Virus record (IMG/VR): IMGVR_UViG_3300006147_000378
Span: 1 to 64,000 of that record
Source of the DNA: a virus
Strand: one strand, 5' to 3'
Length of the DNA: 64,000 bases
The position numbers and the translations under genes are program-made. The notes below the pieces were generated by a model, which saw nothing but the letters and a program-made list of their open reading frames with translations, did no database searches and was not told the DNA's origin. Each line of letters starts with the position of its first letter. The first letter of the stretch is position 1. Below are positions 63,991 to 64,000 of the stretch, one piece after another.

Positions 63991-64000
63991 TTCTACGATA

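Noticed and set aside
1-64000. CRISPR arrays
   Set aside because: No regularly spaced direct repeats of 24-40 nt seen anywhere in the window

Overview
The window reads as most of a temperate phage or prophage genome (about 50% GC, probably from a Firmicutes/Clostridia-type host). Genes run almost entirely on the + strand up to a large serine integrase (56387..57901), after which a lysis/tail-end module runs on the minus strand (58.8-64 kb).

Recognisable blocks, by sequence motif:
- (i) 220..3425: a JAB/MPN protease (JAMM motif HSHx7SxxD) plus an E1-like ThiF adenylyltransferase, preceded by a large unknown protein.
- (ii) 4705..5799: a retron-like reverse transcriptase (RT), flanked on both sides by structured non-coding sequence.
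- (iii) 6425..7362: five tRNA genes.
- (iv) 8870..14881: an NAD+ metabolism island (nicotinamidase, PRPP-synthetase-like, NAMPT-like, macro domain, NadE), interleaved with a RelA/SpoT-type HD hydrolase and RtcB.
- (v) An RNA/tRNA repair toolkit scattered through the window: RtcB, two ATP-dependent ligases, a Thg1-like 3'-5' polymerase, a metallophosphoesterase, a CCA-adding enzyme, a pol-beta NTase and a Pnk-like P-loop kinase.
- (vi) 26.7-29.6 kb: an AT-richer block of small zinc-ribbon proteins, including a Lar-type restriction-alleviation protein.
- (vii) A lysogeny switch (CI/LexA-like S24 repressor on the minus strand, consensus sigma70 promoter) next to a MazF/PemK-like toxin.
- (viii) A recombination/replication module (ERF, SSB, Cas4-like nuclease, DnaB, primase, DnaE).
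- (ix) A nucleotide metabolism module (SleB-like hydrolase, ThyX-like, dNMP kinase, nucleotidase-NrdH fusion, NrdD/NrdG, FTR-like mini-protein, dUTPase).

Separately from these blocks, a covarying stem-loop motif (bulged C, GCC-AAA-GGC apex) recurs five times in intergenic regions, and a tRNA-like gene at 26560..26698 carries a ~64-nt internal insertion. No CRISPR array is present. Coordinates of start codons that I derived by hand may be off by one base.
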